The notes under the pieces: generated by a model
What the model saw: only the letters and a program-made list of their open reading frames with translations
Databases searched by the model: none
Told to the model about the DNA's origin: nothing
Shown: positions 38,506 to 51,977 of the stretch, piece by piece
Layout of the letters: every line of letters begins with the position of its first letter
Position numbering within the stretch: position 1 is the first letter of the stretch
Origin: Callorhinchus milii
Taxonomy: Eukaryota
Assembly (NCBI RefSeq): GCF_018977255.1
Contig: NW_024704742.1
Coordinates: 83,454,001-83,518,000, forward strand
Direction of reading: 5' to 3'
Length of the DNA stretch: 64,000 nt
Translations under genes and position numbers: made by a program

Positions 38506-39129
38506 TTGTAGTTCACTGTCCTGCATCATTTTGAAGTGGATTAAGTTCAGGAGCATGATTTTTCTCTTTAGGCTGCTAATAAAGATTAGAACATTCCATT
38601 AATGGCCAATTTTAGCCTTCACAAAACACTGACATTTCGAATTGCAACAAGTAATGCAGAGTTCCTTGAAGGATTTACTCTGCTTTTCTAACCTTCTGCA
38701 CCTCAAGTTTGTCCTTGTAAGTTCAGATATGATTTTCAAGCCAAGGAAATGTTTGTAACCGATGACAATGTGAAACGTTATAGTGAGTGGGCATCATTAT
38801 AGTCAATTTTTTTAAACCAGTGAACCAATTTTATCAGCAGCATTTGTCTCTATTTAGCTGCAATATTTGTCATCAGGTCCTTTCAGATAGAAAGCGGATC
38901 AGTTTGCCGAGGATTGCTCATCACCACAAGTCAGTTTTGATTACATCATGAGCTTGGTGTCACTTTGACTCAGTTGGTAGGAATCTCAACTCAAAGTCAG
39001 GTCATGCGTTCAAGACCCACATCAGCACTTTGAACTTACAGTCTAGATTGTTATTCAGTGCCTTTATTTTGGTCAGCCGGAAATCCATCACCATGCTTAA
39101 AAGTATCTAAACCAAGCTGAGAATTCCAT

Positions 39130-39780
39130 GCATCCCACCTACACATGGAAATCCCAGAGAGAGATTGCTGGAATGAAATGTGCTCTCGCTCCCTGGAGAG
39201 ACAACAATAACAACTTGCATTTATATAGCACTCTTCACGCCGGACAGTGTCTCAGAGCGCTTGCCTCATCCTGCTTACCTAATTCCAGAACATATTTGAA
39301 TCTAGTTGGCAAGAACCAAGGCTTGGGGACCCCAGAATGTGTGTTGGGGTACTGCTGGGGTCCAACCAGCTAAAACCACATAGCTTACCATTGATATTGC
39401 TGTCTGGCAAGTTTTCCACTGCTTATCCAGCGAGAACCACCCTACCAGTTAGAGCTTTGGCTTGTAAGGTTAACAAGAGCTGTGTTACCTGATTCCCTGC
39501 CCTCTGTGACTAATCTGCCCTTCCAGGTCCTGCCGATGAGCCAGGTTGGCTGCCATCAGCAGTGCTCTGGAATATTGCAGACCAGTCTGGCTCAGGAACC
39601 GGACTACCGAGACCGCCACAGAGGACTGGCTCGATTATCACCTTGGCGCCAGGTCAGCTCCAAGGAGACCCCACCTGCCTCCCCCCATCCCCCCAAGGAG
39701 GAGTCACCAGTTTGGTCTTTGGCAACTGACAAGCACAGGTTTGAATCTCACTGGGTGGATGGTAGGTCCAGGAGAAATTG
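39130..39780. repeat. Unclassified dispersed repeat; other copies at about 46985-47290, 57685-57800 and 59695-59760
   Basis: Shared blocks CCCTGGAGRGA, TRCCTAATTCYRG, CCAGAATGTGTGTTGGGGTACTGCTGG, GCTAAAACCRCA, ACCACCCTA..GTTAGRGCTTTGGCTTG, ATCACCTTGGMGCCAGKTCAGCTCCAAGGAGACCCCAC. Confidence 0.75.
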
Positions 39781-41686
39781 AAAATGGGAAATGTTTCATG
39801 TGAGCAAGCCAAGTGTCCCAATCTGCAGCATGTGTTGAGTCACCTGATTTCAGCCACAGCACAACAGTTTGCCACAATTGCTCTCAGTTCTCAAGGTATA
39901 AGGAAAATGAATTGGTCTCCAAGTATGAATTCTATCCTCATACCTTATTGTGGTACATGTTGAGTGAACGCAGACTAGATTCAGCTGAATGCTATCTGCA
40001 TCATCCAGCATGGCTCACAAATGAAGAATGTGTCACTAAAAAGCTGTCAGAGAGTGCAACCATACTCTTACCCCTCCTCTTCATATAGTGGAGAACATTG
40101 GTAAGAAAATAAATTTTAATGTTATACTGAAACAAATCACTAGTTTGAATGCTCTGCACAAATCTGGAGGTGTCCAGGACACAGCAGAGGATGCATCTTC
40201 AATGCAGTGGATATGGACATGGGCAAACAGAGAAAACAGAAAAAATGAGTTAGTTATATGACTGACTGGCAATTGCTGCAGAGGAATAAGCCCCCTCAAG
40301 GCATGTTTCAGTTACTCACGCAGTAGCTTGAATATGAAATTCTGCAAATGTTTATTGAAATGGAAAACAAAAACTCAGCAATCATCGCCTTTGTGATGCA
40401 CATTAATTTGGGGAAAATATGAAGGAGAATGAAGCTCAAATAAAAACTGCTGAGCAAAATAGATTCAGTCATACTGATTAATTACTACTGGAATTTATCT
40501 AGTTACAATCATGTACTATGTTACTGAAGCCTATTTTGAACAAAGCATGCTAAAAGCACCAAATTAAGAAGATGTGCTTTTCCCCAAAAAACACTTGACG
40601 AGTCAAAAAAACAATCCCACTAAAAGCATGGAGCTACCTCTTTAGCTTGAAGAAATCTTCTATTGAAAGAGAGCTCTACGTGAATTATGATCATGAGTAT
40701 CATGAACAATCATTCTTCGTTGGGAGTTTTTATAGGTTGAACCAAAGAAAAGCTGCTATTGCCAGACACATGGAGTTGTATCATCTGATGCACTAGAAAT
40801 TGAGGGGTTTAACTGCTTCCTTTTTCACAATTACGTTAGAATAGTTTCTCAGATTATTGCCTGGAGTGCTTCTCAATCAATCATCGCATTCACAGCATTT
40901 TAAGCCCAGCGCAACAGAGCAATAGAATTTTATTACAGAACACAATGCGCTGCAAAGAAACCTCCTGGCACATCAACGAAGAAAAATATTCACATTGAAA
41001 CGGTCAACTCTGATTCAAAAGTAACAGTCAGTGCTCCACAAATACAGTCACTACACTTCAGCATGAAGCAGTTTGTTACGTTTCCACGACGTCACCACAA
41101 TATCAAATGACTTTGAAATTATTATTAATAAGACTTTCAGTCTAAAGTTGTATACTGGGATTTGGTTGCGTTGTTTGCACCGTTTCTCGAATCAGGTTGA
41201 ATGTTACTATGCTGTGGTTTCTCTTAGTCTTAGCTCTTAGACTAGTGGTTCAACAAGTCCACTTCTATTCCCAAAATAGTCTAGGTCACTGGCAATAACT
41301 GCACGAAGTATAGTCTATCTCTCATGGTCTCCCTAACACTGAGTCAAGAAGCTGTCACACATCGCCTTGACAAGCTCAGAGGCTTTCCCAATTGGTCATT
41401 CCCATTTCATGCTGTGCGAGTTCATGTCCCTCATCTGTGCTACGTTTTGTTTCCTCACACAGTTCTAATAGTAACAAAGTGACAAGCTATTTTCTCTGCT
41501 TTGGGCCGGTGGTCTGAAGCAAACCACAAATGTTGTTCTATCCCTTTCCTGTGAAGCACGTCTAACCAGAGCATTGCAAAGCGTTGTTTATCCTGTGCTG
41601 CTGGCTAAACTACCTTAACCACTAAGGCAGCCCAATAATATTCCAATTGAAACATTCTGTATATAAAAATTATGTACATGTTCTAG

Positions 41687-42015
41687 AACAACAACAACAA
41701 AATTACATTTGTATAGCGCCTTTCACGTCAGAAGGACATCCCAAGGTGCTGGACAGACAGTTACGGACCCACACTGAGCGTCGGAGTGGGGGAGGGTGAA
41801 TGGCAGGGGGGGAAGCACAGTCAACGAGGAGGGTCTTGAGGTGGGTCTTGAAGGTGGCGAGGGAGGGGGCGAGGCGGAGAGACTGCGGGATGGACTTCCA
41901 AAGGGTGGGTGCAGAGTGGCGTAAGGCCCGCCCGCCAATGGTGGGGCGAGCAAGGCAGGGGACGTGAAGCAGGCCGGAGCCCGCCGAACGGAGGGAGCGA
42001 ACAGGGTGGTAGGGT
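41687..42015 (-). mobile_element. L2 3' fragment
   Basis: (TTG)n tail and stem-loop identical in type to the other young L2 copies. Confidence 0.87.
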
Positions 42016-42674
42016 GTCCTAGAAGCACTGATAACTGAAATTTAGAGGGTTTTAAAATGTTTGTGTCTGTAAAATGCTATACGTAAATACAATTTATTAA
42101 ATGTACGACATGAGAATAGTAAAAGAAAATTGCCTTGTAAAGGACGGGGATTTAATACATTTCTGTATTTGAATTCCCAACACAATCCCATTTCTGTCGT
42201 TAACAAAAATTGTTTTCTGCCAAATGATGCAAAGAAATTAAAGTTCCAACCGACTGCCAGTTACCCTGCTGACTCTGTGAAAAAATAACATTTAGCGAGA
42301 TTTGATTGTGATGCCTTTACCTTCCATTAACATTCTTGCCATTAAGCTATTCAATTATTACTCTTCTATGGGAAACTCAAAACAAGATGCATTTCAATAG
42401 CATGCAAATGTATTCTTTGATCTTGATGCTTAATTTCTTAAAACTAAGGAAAGCATCAACAGAATTTTCTGAGTGATGAAAATGTATGTTTTGGAGAATC
42501 TATACGTCAAAAGACAACAACAACTTGCATTTATATAGCAACCCTTTCGCAGGGTAGGGTCTCAGAGAGCTTGGATACAATACAAATGAAGAAAGATACA
42601 GTACAAATGAAGTGCAAAAATCTGGTATTGTGGCATGACTTTTAAAGAAAATCTCAAAGCATGGACTTCAGGCT

Positions 42675-43228
42675 GTCCTGTCTCTGTTTGCAAGTGAGAG
42701 ACCTGAGTTCAATTCCAGGCAGGGCAAAACCTTAGGCAAGTTTCCTGACTCCACACGCCTAATAATAATCCCTCCAAAAAAACAAAACAATAATAAATTG
42801 GTCATCTTCAATCCATGACTGTTTGTGGGACACTGCTGTACGCAATTGGCTGCCGCGTTCGCCCACAAATATACAGTCAATTCACTTTACAGTATATTCT
42901 GTGAAGCGCTTTGGGACGTCTAGAAGACATGAAAAGCGCTATATCAAATGCAAGGATTCTTCTTATTATTATTACTTAGCAGTTAGTAGGAACCTGGTTG
43001 TTTGTCAATTGGCGAATCGCTTTTCCAGGGGGAATAATCCTTCCCCAAAAAATAATAATTTGGTCGTTCAACCCACAACTGTTTGTGGGACATTGCTGTG
43101 CGAAATTGACCTCCACATTTCACCCACAAAATACAGTCAATTCACTTTACAGTATATTCCGTGAAGTGTATTTGAGATGTCTCAACGACATGAAAAGGCA
43201 CTATATCAAATGCAAGTTATTATTATTA
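42675..43228 (+). mobile_element. Long-type SINE fragment with a 5'-truncated short-type SINE (about 42687-42973) nested inside
   Basis: CTCTGTTT|[GCAAGTGAGAGACC...(ATT)n]|ACTTAGCAGTTAGTAGGAACC: the long-type block CTCTGTTTACCTAGCAG is split by the insert. Confidence 0.8.
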
Positions 43229-43399
43229 TAAAAGTGATTGTCTTTTCTGGTAGATGGTGGTGGGTTTGTGGTGGAGGGAAAAGGTAAAGGGAGGAAACAC
43301 CAGAAGATCCATGATTGATTTTAATTCTGACATCATAGACCAGCAATGCAATATTTTGGGACTGTCATACAATAAAGAATTCAAAAATAATAAATGCCT

Positions 43400-43762
43400 T
43401 TGTCTTCAGGCCGTCTCTGAAAAGTATAGTGACTGTGTATTTTATAGGCAAATGTGGCAGCCACGTTGCATATAGCAATGTCCCCACAAACTGTCAGGAA
43501 TAAATGAGCCATTTTGTTTGGGGAATTGTTGGCCAGGGCACCGGGAGAAACTCTCTTCACTTTTGAAGTAGTGCCATGGGATTTTTAACGTTCACCTGAA
43601 CAGGCAGATAGACCCTCGATTTAACATCTCATCCGAAGGATGCTATCTCTGACAATGCAGCGCTCACAACACTGCATTGGGATGTCAGCCTATACTGCGA
43701 GTTCAAACGTGGGGCTGGAACCCTCCTGATTCAGAGGCAAGAGCAGTAGCAAATGAGCCAGG
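43400..43762 (-). mobile_element. Old DeuSINE
   Basis: Reverse-complement Deu core (GTGCCATGGGATTTTTAACGTTCACCTGAACAGGCAGA...TTTAACATCTCATCCGAAGG) plus head. Confidence 0.8.
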
Positions 43763-44139
43763 TAAAAACAGCAACAACTTGCATTTTTTAGCGCTTTTCA
43801 CGTCGAGCAGCATCTCAGAGCGCTTAACAGTAGCGGAGCTTGACACTGAACCAGGGAGAAAGGGGAGATGATCGTAGCCACAGCAGAACAGGAAGGTCTT
43901 TGATGTGGGACCTGAAGAAGAGTAAAGAGGGGACAAGGCAAAGGAATTGAGACAGGGATATAAAAGTTGTCTCATGCAGGTTGTGCTCTTTAAAGTTTTA
44001 ATATGCTATATTCAGGAATAACCTTTTGAAAGTAGAAATATAGCTCGACAGAAAACAACATACCACTGTAGTTGTTTAACATTTATACATAGGGGCTAAC
44101 TTCCACACATATGCAAATAACACCCAAATCTATTTATCC

Positions 44140-45055
44140 ACTTCTACTCTTGATTCCAGGTCTACTAATGTTCTGTCCACTTGCCTGTCAGACATCAAGG
44201 CCTGGATAGGCCAAAACTTCCAAAGTAATATAGTAAAGATAGAAAGCATTGGCTCCCAGAAACATCTCCTCTCTGGCTCGGACCTCCTCAATCTCTCTGG
44301 CATCATTCTCAAACTGTCCAAACAGGTACTCAACTTTGAATCCCATTTGATCACCAGCATTCTTTTCTCCCTGACGTCCAGTCCCTCACCTTTGTATCCT
44401 TCCTTTATATCCGTCAATTCGTCCACAGCTGCCCCTACCTCATACCCACTGCCATTAAATATTCATGCATACTTTCTTCACATCCTGCTTGAGCTTTTCC
44501 AACGCACTCCTTGCTGGTCTCCACTATTCACAAGCTGCAACTAATCCAAAACTCCGCCACCTGATTCCCACCCACACCAAAATCCGCACAACCATTACCC
44601 CCAGTCCTCTCTGGTCTCCAATGGCTCTCTATCACCCAGCAGACCGGTCTCAATGTCCTCACCAATAACCCATCCACTCCCTGGCACCCCGTGATCCCTT
44701 CCTACAGTACTAATCTGTCTGTCCTACTCATCCACAAACCCATCCCTGGCATCCCCTTATCTTTCTGATCTCTTCCTACCCTACCTGCCTGCCGGATCCC
44801 CTTGTTCAGCTAACTTGGGCTTGTGCGCAACTCTGCCCACTCAATGCCACCATTGGTGGCTGAACCTTCAGTTCCCACACCCCTAACCTCTGGAACAAAC
44901 TTCCTTTACCATTCTATATTTCCCCCTCTCTTTCTGTCTCAATGGTCCTGCCTCAAGTCCCACACGTGTCTATGCTACCTCCCTTTCCCTGTGAAGCACT
45001 CTGACGTTATCCTACGTGAAGGAACCTATATAAATGCAAGTTGCTGCTATTGTTT
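44140..45055 (+). mobile_element. Highly decayed L2 fragment
   Basis: TGCCTGTCAGACATCAAGGCCTGGAT (CLSDIKAW) and downstream L2-like blocks ending TATATAAATGCAAGTTGCTG. Confidence 0.7.
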
Positions 45056-46189
45056 ATAGATTCTTAAGCACATCCCTGACAATACCTAGCACTCCCTAAG
45101 CAATGTATTTTATGTACTTTCTACTTGTTCTTGGTATAACACAGACTTTGCCCTAGCCCTCCTTCCTGACAGCAATAAAATTCAGAATGGACTCCTTACT
45201 AAACACAACTTTTTATTTGCAAACAGTTATTCAGCAACTGTATTCTTTCATCTGGACATTTATACAAGTCAAATTATTTTGTATGCAGCTGTGATTGATG
45301 AACAAGTGAACCCTCCCTGGGGCTGAATCTGCTCAAACAGCTCCACAGTAATCCAAGTCATTGCACTGTTGACTAGTCTATCTGGCTCTTTAACGAAGCT
45401 TAGAAGTGTGGACATAAACTCAACCCTAGCAGTCAAAACCGTTAACAATTGGGGCTTAGCTGGACAGGTGCCTTGCAACATAATTACCACTTTTCTTGCA
45501 CAGAATTGAACAGGTGTGTTTTTGAAGTGTTACAAGTAAACAGGGTTATTTATTCTCAAAAGAGCATAAATTCAGTGAAGTTTGGCATTCATGCTCACTT
45601 GATCAGACATTTCTCCTATATATATCGGTCAAATACAACTCTTAGCTATCCCAATCTTGCAATGCCCATTTCTAAAATACGTTATGCAGGTTCAAAGGCA
45701 CAGTTTAGTTGTGTGTCTTCCACTTGCAAATAGATGGAATCACTATGTGCCTCACTAACTTGAATGTACTGCAAATCAATTACACAGCATTTAAAACATG
45801 GTGTCCAAAGGATGGCAACTAATCAGAAAACCCAGTTTTAGTGTGGCATTTCTCCTTCCCTATCCTCCCCACATCTTTGGGACCTTTTCATCCTCGTAGC
45901 AGCCATATGCTATAAGGATTAAATGTATTCCCCCTGTTATATACTGAACACGAGGCCTTGTCTGGATTCACAATGCAGGAGCTCTTTAATGGAGGTAGAA
46001 ATGCAACAGACCATGTTGATGCAATTAGGCAAATACACAGAAAAAAATAAACTTGCAAGTAATCCAGACCATAGACATCAAAACGATTGATTAGATAGAG
46101 GGAACTTTACATACAGAGGAAAAAACACTTTCAAGTAACGAAAGCAGCCAAACAGAAGCCGAAATAGATTAAGGCCAACAGAAGTAACA

Positions 46190-46500
46190 ATAATATAATA
46201 ATAATCCTTGCATTTGATATATCGCTTTTCACTTCTCGACGTCTCAAAGCACTTCACAGAATAGACTGTAAAGTGAATTGACTGTATGTTTGTGGGCGAA
46301 ACGCGGCAGCCAATTGCGCACAGCAGTGGACCACAAGCAGTCGTGGATTGAAGTGACCAAATTATTATTTATTTTTCTTGAGCGATTATTATCAGGCGTG
46401 TGGAGTAAGGAAACTTGCCCAAGGTTTCGCCCTATGGAAATCAAACCCAGGCCTCTTGCTTGTGAGGCGAGTGCTCTAACCACTGAGTTTCAGGACTCCA
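46190..46500 (-). mobile_element. Short-type tRNA/DeuSINE, full length
   Basis: Reverse complement begins TGGAGTCCTGAAACTCAGTGGTTAGAGCACTCGCCTCACAAGC, lacks the internal block and ends (ATT)n. Confidence 0.9.
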
Positions 46501-49500
46501 CGCTGGATCCACGTAATGCTGGACAAATGAGATTGGTATTTGCTTAAAAGTTGAGGGCAATAGTTTCAGGAACTTTGCAGTTGGTTAAAGCAGTCCAAAA
46601 CTTAGAAGTAAGGTTGTGCATCTGGGATACCAACTGAGCCAGTGGCTTTTTAGACCGGCCTATAAACCTGAATTCTAAAGCAATATTAAATTCCCTGTTC
46701 AATTCTATGTTTAACTGTTTGAAAGTTAAAATTGATTAAACCAGGGATTAAGAAATTACAGAAAGGTGGAAATACAGGTGGGGTTGTCATATACCGTACT
46801 AAAGCACAAATAAAACAAGTGATAACACTCTATTCTGTTGCCAAATGGCATGGTTTGTTTTGAGTCAATCAGATGTCTTACACATGTGGAAACCCATCAC
46901 CTTGCTTACGCGTATCCAAACCAAATAGCCAAACAGAGTTCCATGCATCTCATCTTTATATGGACATTTCCATGTTTTAGAATATAATCCCTGGAGGGAT
47001 GCATCCTGTATCCTGTTTGCCTAATTCTGGAGAGTATTAAGCTCAGGTTGGCAAGAGCCAAGCCAGAATGTGTGTTGGGGTACTGCTGGAGTCTAATCGC
47101 TAAAACCGCACAGTTTGACATTGAAAGCACTATCTGGCAAGCTTTCCTGATGCTTGTCCAGCAAAGACCACCCTAACTGTTAGGGCTTTGGCTTGCAGAG
47201 TTCACAAGAGCTAGAGGGAAGAGTCCCTGTCCCAATGACTTGCTTACTCCTCCAAGTTCAATTTATAACACAGGCTGGCTGGGCTGTCATTAGCGAGCGG
47301 GTGGGTGGGGGAGGGGGGCAGGGAAGGGAGGGCGGGAAGACCAAAAATAATATGGGTAAATTCTGGGAAAATTATTTTGGAATATCAAACCAATTGTGTG
47401 AGCACATGTTTGGAATCGTGAAACCCCATTTGTGTCCACACTGAATCACATTCCTACAAGCAGCTGTGTGCCCACAAAATATACAGTCAATCCACTTTAC
47501 AGTGTATCCTGTGAAGCGCTTTGAAACGCCTCACTGACATGATAAAGTGGTATATCAAATGCCAGGATTATTAATATTATTATAATTAGGTGGGTTTTGG
47601 GATACATGATGGTCATCACTGTTGCATCGAAAAGAATCAGCAAATTCAGTTTTCAGTATTGTAAATGAAATTCAGGTGAAATTATTTTTCACTGATTGAC
47701 ATTCACTTAAAAGAAAGATACTGGTGAAAAATCAATTTAAAAAAAACGCTGATGATATTTAACTAAATTTGTTTTGGGTGGATGGGGAAGAAAGCAAAGA
47801 AGGTACTTATTTACTAGAAAATAATTTTTAAACAATACACATGATCCCTTCAAATATTGTCTAATTTTCAGATGCTCAGATTCACGGTTCTTCGCTCTCA
47901 TTTTAAAAACAAAAATTAAGGATGGGGGACATGAAGCAGGCCAGTGCCTGCTGAGCAGAGGGAGTGGGCGGATTGGTAGAGTTTAAGAAGATCGCAGAGA
48001 TAGGGTGGGGCAAGGCTATGGAGGGATTTAAAAGTGAAGACAAGTATCATTAGAAGCATTAGAATACATTGGCAGCTACCTGAAAATCCAAGGATTATTA
48101 AAATAAATCTGCATTCAAAACCTTAAAGTAGATTGTACATTTACAAAAAAGGATCGCCTACTTTAGGAATTTCAATACATCCATTGCTATTCACATTAAA
48201 TTCTGCTTCAAGTAAGAAGATTCAAGACACAATCTCGATTTCTCACAAGTTGGTGTTTAATTAGTGATGTTAGCTGCTCTTGCTAAGGTTAAGAGATCTG
48301 GCATGAGTTCAGAAACAACAATTTCACAATCAATAGGTCCAATCAATTGCAGACTGCTGGAGAGAACAAGAGTGTGCACCTATTCAATACCCACTTTTTC
48401 ATCACTAGTTTAAATAAAGTGATTCACCAAATGAACAAATATATTCTCCAGTACAGTATTCTCATCAGGAGCAGCGTTTAAAACCAATCTCTGAATTCAC
48501 CTTAAGTAGCACATGTAAATACTAAGTATTTAGAATGTGTACTACATCAAGAAGATTTTAATGAATATGGTGCAGGTACTATTTGTAATGTTTTAATAAA
48601 CTGCAGGAAATTACATTACTTGGTTCAGTAAGTTGAAAACACTAAGGGTGCAGACATATGAACCTACACATCACTCATCCCAATGATTCACCATTTCATT
48701 CCTCGCAGGGTGTTTTCACATTTTTACCAATGCTACTTTCAGCTCAGAAACAAAATCAGATGCCTGCAATAAATGGGGAAAAAAAGTAGGGCTATATTCC
48801 ATTTTCCTTGGCATTAAAGAAAATGTGCCATGAAGTACTGGATTTCAACGTTTTCTGAATGCAGCAAGTTATAAAAAGGCTTACATCATCTATACAGTAG
48901 TTTTAATTTTATTTACTGTGGAATAGTAGCTTCGTACATTTGCTTCAGTTCTCGCATATTATCATAATGGAAGAAAATGGGCAACCTTTTCTCCAAGTAC
49001 TGCTTGATCAGTAAGAGCAATGATTCGATTCAAAAAAATGTCAAAGAACCCAGCAGGGCTGAGATTACTTCCATTAAGATAGCAAAGTAAAAATGACATC
49101 TGACTGTAGCCTGGGAGAACATGCAGAAAATAACATTTCCATATCACGCTCTAATAGATTCAGCTAGGAAGGGAATTTTAAATGGAAATTAATTCTTTAT
49201 CAGCTGTCACAAAGTATGGGCATCGTTAAACTTGAAAATCCATAATAGATACAGTACGTCTAGCAACAAGCAAATATAATTAACTCAAAAAAGATTTTAA
49301 AAAAATAAAACTATAAAGCAAGTTGATCACCGTATTCTGGTGAAGCCTGAACTTGGGTGACCATGTAAGGAAGGAACATGGTCACTATTTAATGATTCAC
49401 CAGAAAATAGCCGTTTGTGTAATATTGGAGTAAGTCACCACCACCATGTAATGCAACATACTATATTTTGAAAATATGTACTATTTAATTCCCTCCGAGT

Positions 49501-49581
49501 CACCACTCTTTTGTCCGCAAGCACTGAGACATAGGCTAGATATATTTCAAGCCATTTCTTAAAAGGTAGACAAAAGAAAAT

Positions 49582-50255
49582 ACAATACAAAATTACATTT
49601 ATATAGAGACTTTCACATCGGAGGACGTCCCAAGGTGCTGGACAATCAGGGATGTGAACCTGAGCTGGGGGTTCGGATCAGGGAGAGTGAAGAGCACGGA
49701 GGGTGGCCGGAGGCTCTGTCGAAGAGGAGGGTTTTGAGACATGCCTTGAAGGAGGCAAGGGAGACAGCAAAGCAAAGGGTATGTGGATTGGTGTTACCTA
49801 GGGTGGGGGCAGAGAGGCTGAAGTCCCGAACTCCAATGGTGGGACGGGCCAGCAGGATATGGAGAGAAGGGAGCGGGCAGGTTGATATGGGGTTAACGGG
49901 TCCCAGAGGTAGGGAGGGGCAAGGCAGTGGAGAGCCTTGAAGGCGAGGATGAGGATTTTGAAGTCTATCCTCTGGAGGATAGGGAGCCAGTGGAGCCGGG
50001 TGAGGGTGAGGGGGTCACGGAGCCTGGTGTGGGAGAGGACACAAGCTGCAGGGTTCTGGATGATCTGCAGCTTGTGGAGGCAAGAGTTGGGAAGGCCATT
50101 AAGCAGGGAGTTGTTAGAGTCGAGCCTAGATGTGATGAATACGTGGATGAGGGTTTCAGTGACCTAGGGGTGAAACAGAGGCAGTGCCAGGCGATGCTGC
50201 GGAGATGGGGGAAGGCAGAGCGGGACATGGCACGGATATGGGGGTAGAAAGGACA
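49582..50255 (-). mobile_element. L2 3' fragment
   Basis: Same ORF2 C-terminal sequence and tail as other young L2 copies. Confidence 0.88.
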
Positions 50256-50594
50256 GTTGAAGACATTCAACCTCTCTCCTTCCAGAGCCATGAACAACAA
50301 AGCTATACATGGATTGCATTCAACCCATTCTATCTAATAGGAGAAAGTTGGCCATCGATATTTCCTAATCCCCAAATCAATCAAGCAAAAACTCCTGAAT
50401 ATTGATCCTTCCCCAACTTTCCTCCAAAGACAAAATTCCCTCAGACAAACTGGGCCCAACAGCATAGATGCCATCATAGGCAAACAAGTATTTCTTCAGC
50501 TCAACCTGCACCTCTTTCATTCTCTCCAAAACCAGTCTCAAGTCAATAACTCTTCAATTATTTTCGAAGGAGTTAATTATTTGTTAGAAGCCTG

Positions 50595-51009
50595 TGTCGA
50601 ATCCAGGATGTAGTCGCTATAGCTAGGATTAAACGAACACTCACAAACAGAGTTAGCTCAGAAATATAGTTTATTCAAATACTTGTAGAAAGGAGAGGGA
50701 AAGCGAGAGGCAATACAATAGCACGTCTCTCAGAAGAGTCGGTACTCTCCCTCTACCAATGGGGCAGTCCCATTAATTTATATAACATGATTATTTGCAA
50801 TCACCTCATGCTTAACTGGTGTCTCAAACAATTCTTGCTGTTGACTGACAAGCATTCAATCATCAAAAGCTTGATTATACATTTGCAGACAGTATACGGA
50901 CACTGGTTCTGCTCTAATTATCTACAGTTGTTGCTCAAAAACAACTCTAATCTTATCATTGTCGAGACACTCTGTACTTTATGTGTTTTAGTCCTTTTAC
51001 ATTCCCACA
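50595..51009 (-). mobile_element. Solo LTR (415 bp), ERV/Gypsy-like, same orientation as KDM4C
   Basis: Minus strand runs TGTGGGAAT...ATTCGACA. 4-bp TSD CCTG at 50591-50594 and 51010-51013. TATATAAA at 50784-50777 followed by AATAAA at 50675-50670 gives the U3-R-U5 order. Confidence 0.82.
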
Positions 51010-51299
51010 CCTGTTCCAAATATCTGTTACAATCATTTAATAATCCTTGCAATTGATATAGGATTTTATCACATTATTGTGATGTTTCAAAGCGTTTCAC
51101 AGGATTTTACTGTATAGTGGATTGACTGTGCAGTTTGTGGACGAATGCTGCAGAAAGTTTGTACACAGTAATGTCCCGTAAACAGCCATGGAATGAGTGG
51201 CCAATATTATTTGGGGCACTATTTCAAGAATAATAGTACAGCATTTCTCCATCTCTAATCCTGCTGGAGTTTTTATTTTATCCCAAAGCCATGCTCCCA

Positions 51300-51812
51300 A
51301 GTCAAACAGTATGCTTATCACATCTATCATCATTTCAGAGGACTTGATCAATCCACTCCCTCTGTGATCAACTCTGAAGAATTTCAACTCTGCAAGTTGT
51401 TGCTCAGATTTTAGGTAACTATGCTCTGGAATTATTCTTGTTACCCTCCAATACCCCGCTATCTCTTTGAAGGTGGAGCGTCCAAACTGCACACAATATT
51501 CCAAATGTGACCTCAATGAGTGATCTGTTTAATGTCAGAATAACCTATAGTGAAATGTTCTCAAAATGTTTCATGAGCTAGCTTTGCTGGCATCAGCTTC
51601 ACATTGATTGAAATCCTTCTGTTATCAATAATTACATCAGAATACTTTTCATTCTCCACCTCTGCTAATAAATACCCCTTAACTTTGCACACCTTTACTG
51701 TTTGTTAATTCAATAGGCATTAACTTGCATTTATCCACATTATAATCCATCTGCCACTTCTTGGACCATCTGCTAAATTGGTCCAGATCTTCCTGAATGT
51801 TATTTATCCTTT
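51300..51812 (-). mobile_element. Decayed CR1 fragment
   Basis: RSHLEYCVQFG in ORF 51097-51516; upstream QEDLDQ-like and KWQMDYNVDKCK-like sequence. Confidence 0.78.
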
Positions 51813-51977
51813 TTATATTATTTTATATTATTTAATTCCTCACAGCTGGCATGATGATCAAATATATTTTGAGATCTGAATATAACTGAATAACGTGAGC
51901 ACCAATATAACCAGGGGGAGAAGGGGGGGTGACGTTTTGTGGTTAAAAATGTCAGGGATGAGTAACAGTAGTAACCC

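Noticed and set aside
39528..39560. Hammerhead-like CCGATGAGCC-AGGTT-GGC motif
   Set aside because: The core is CCGATGA rather than CTGATGA, and the required GAAA after stem II is absent.
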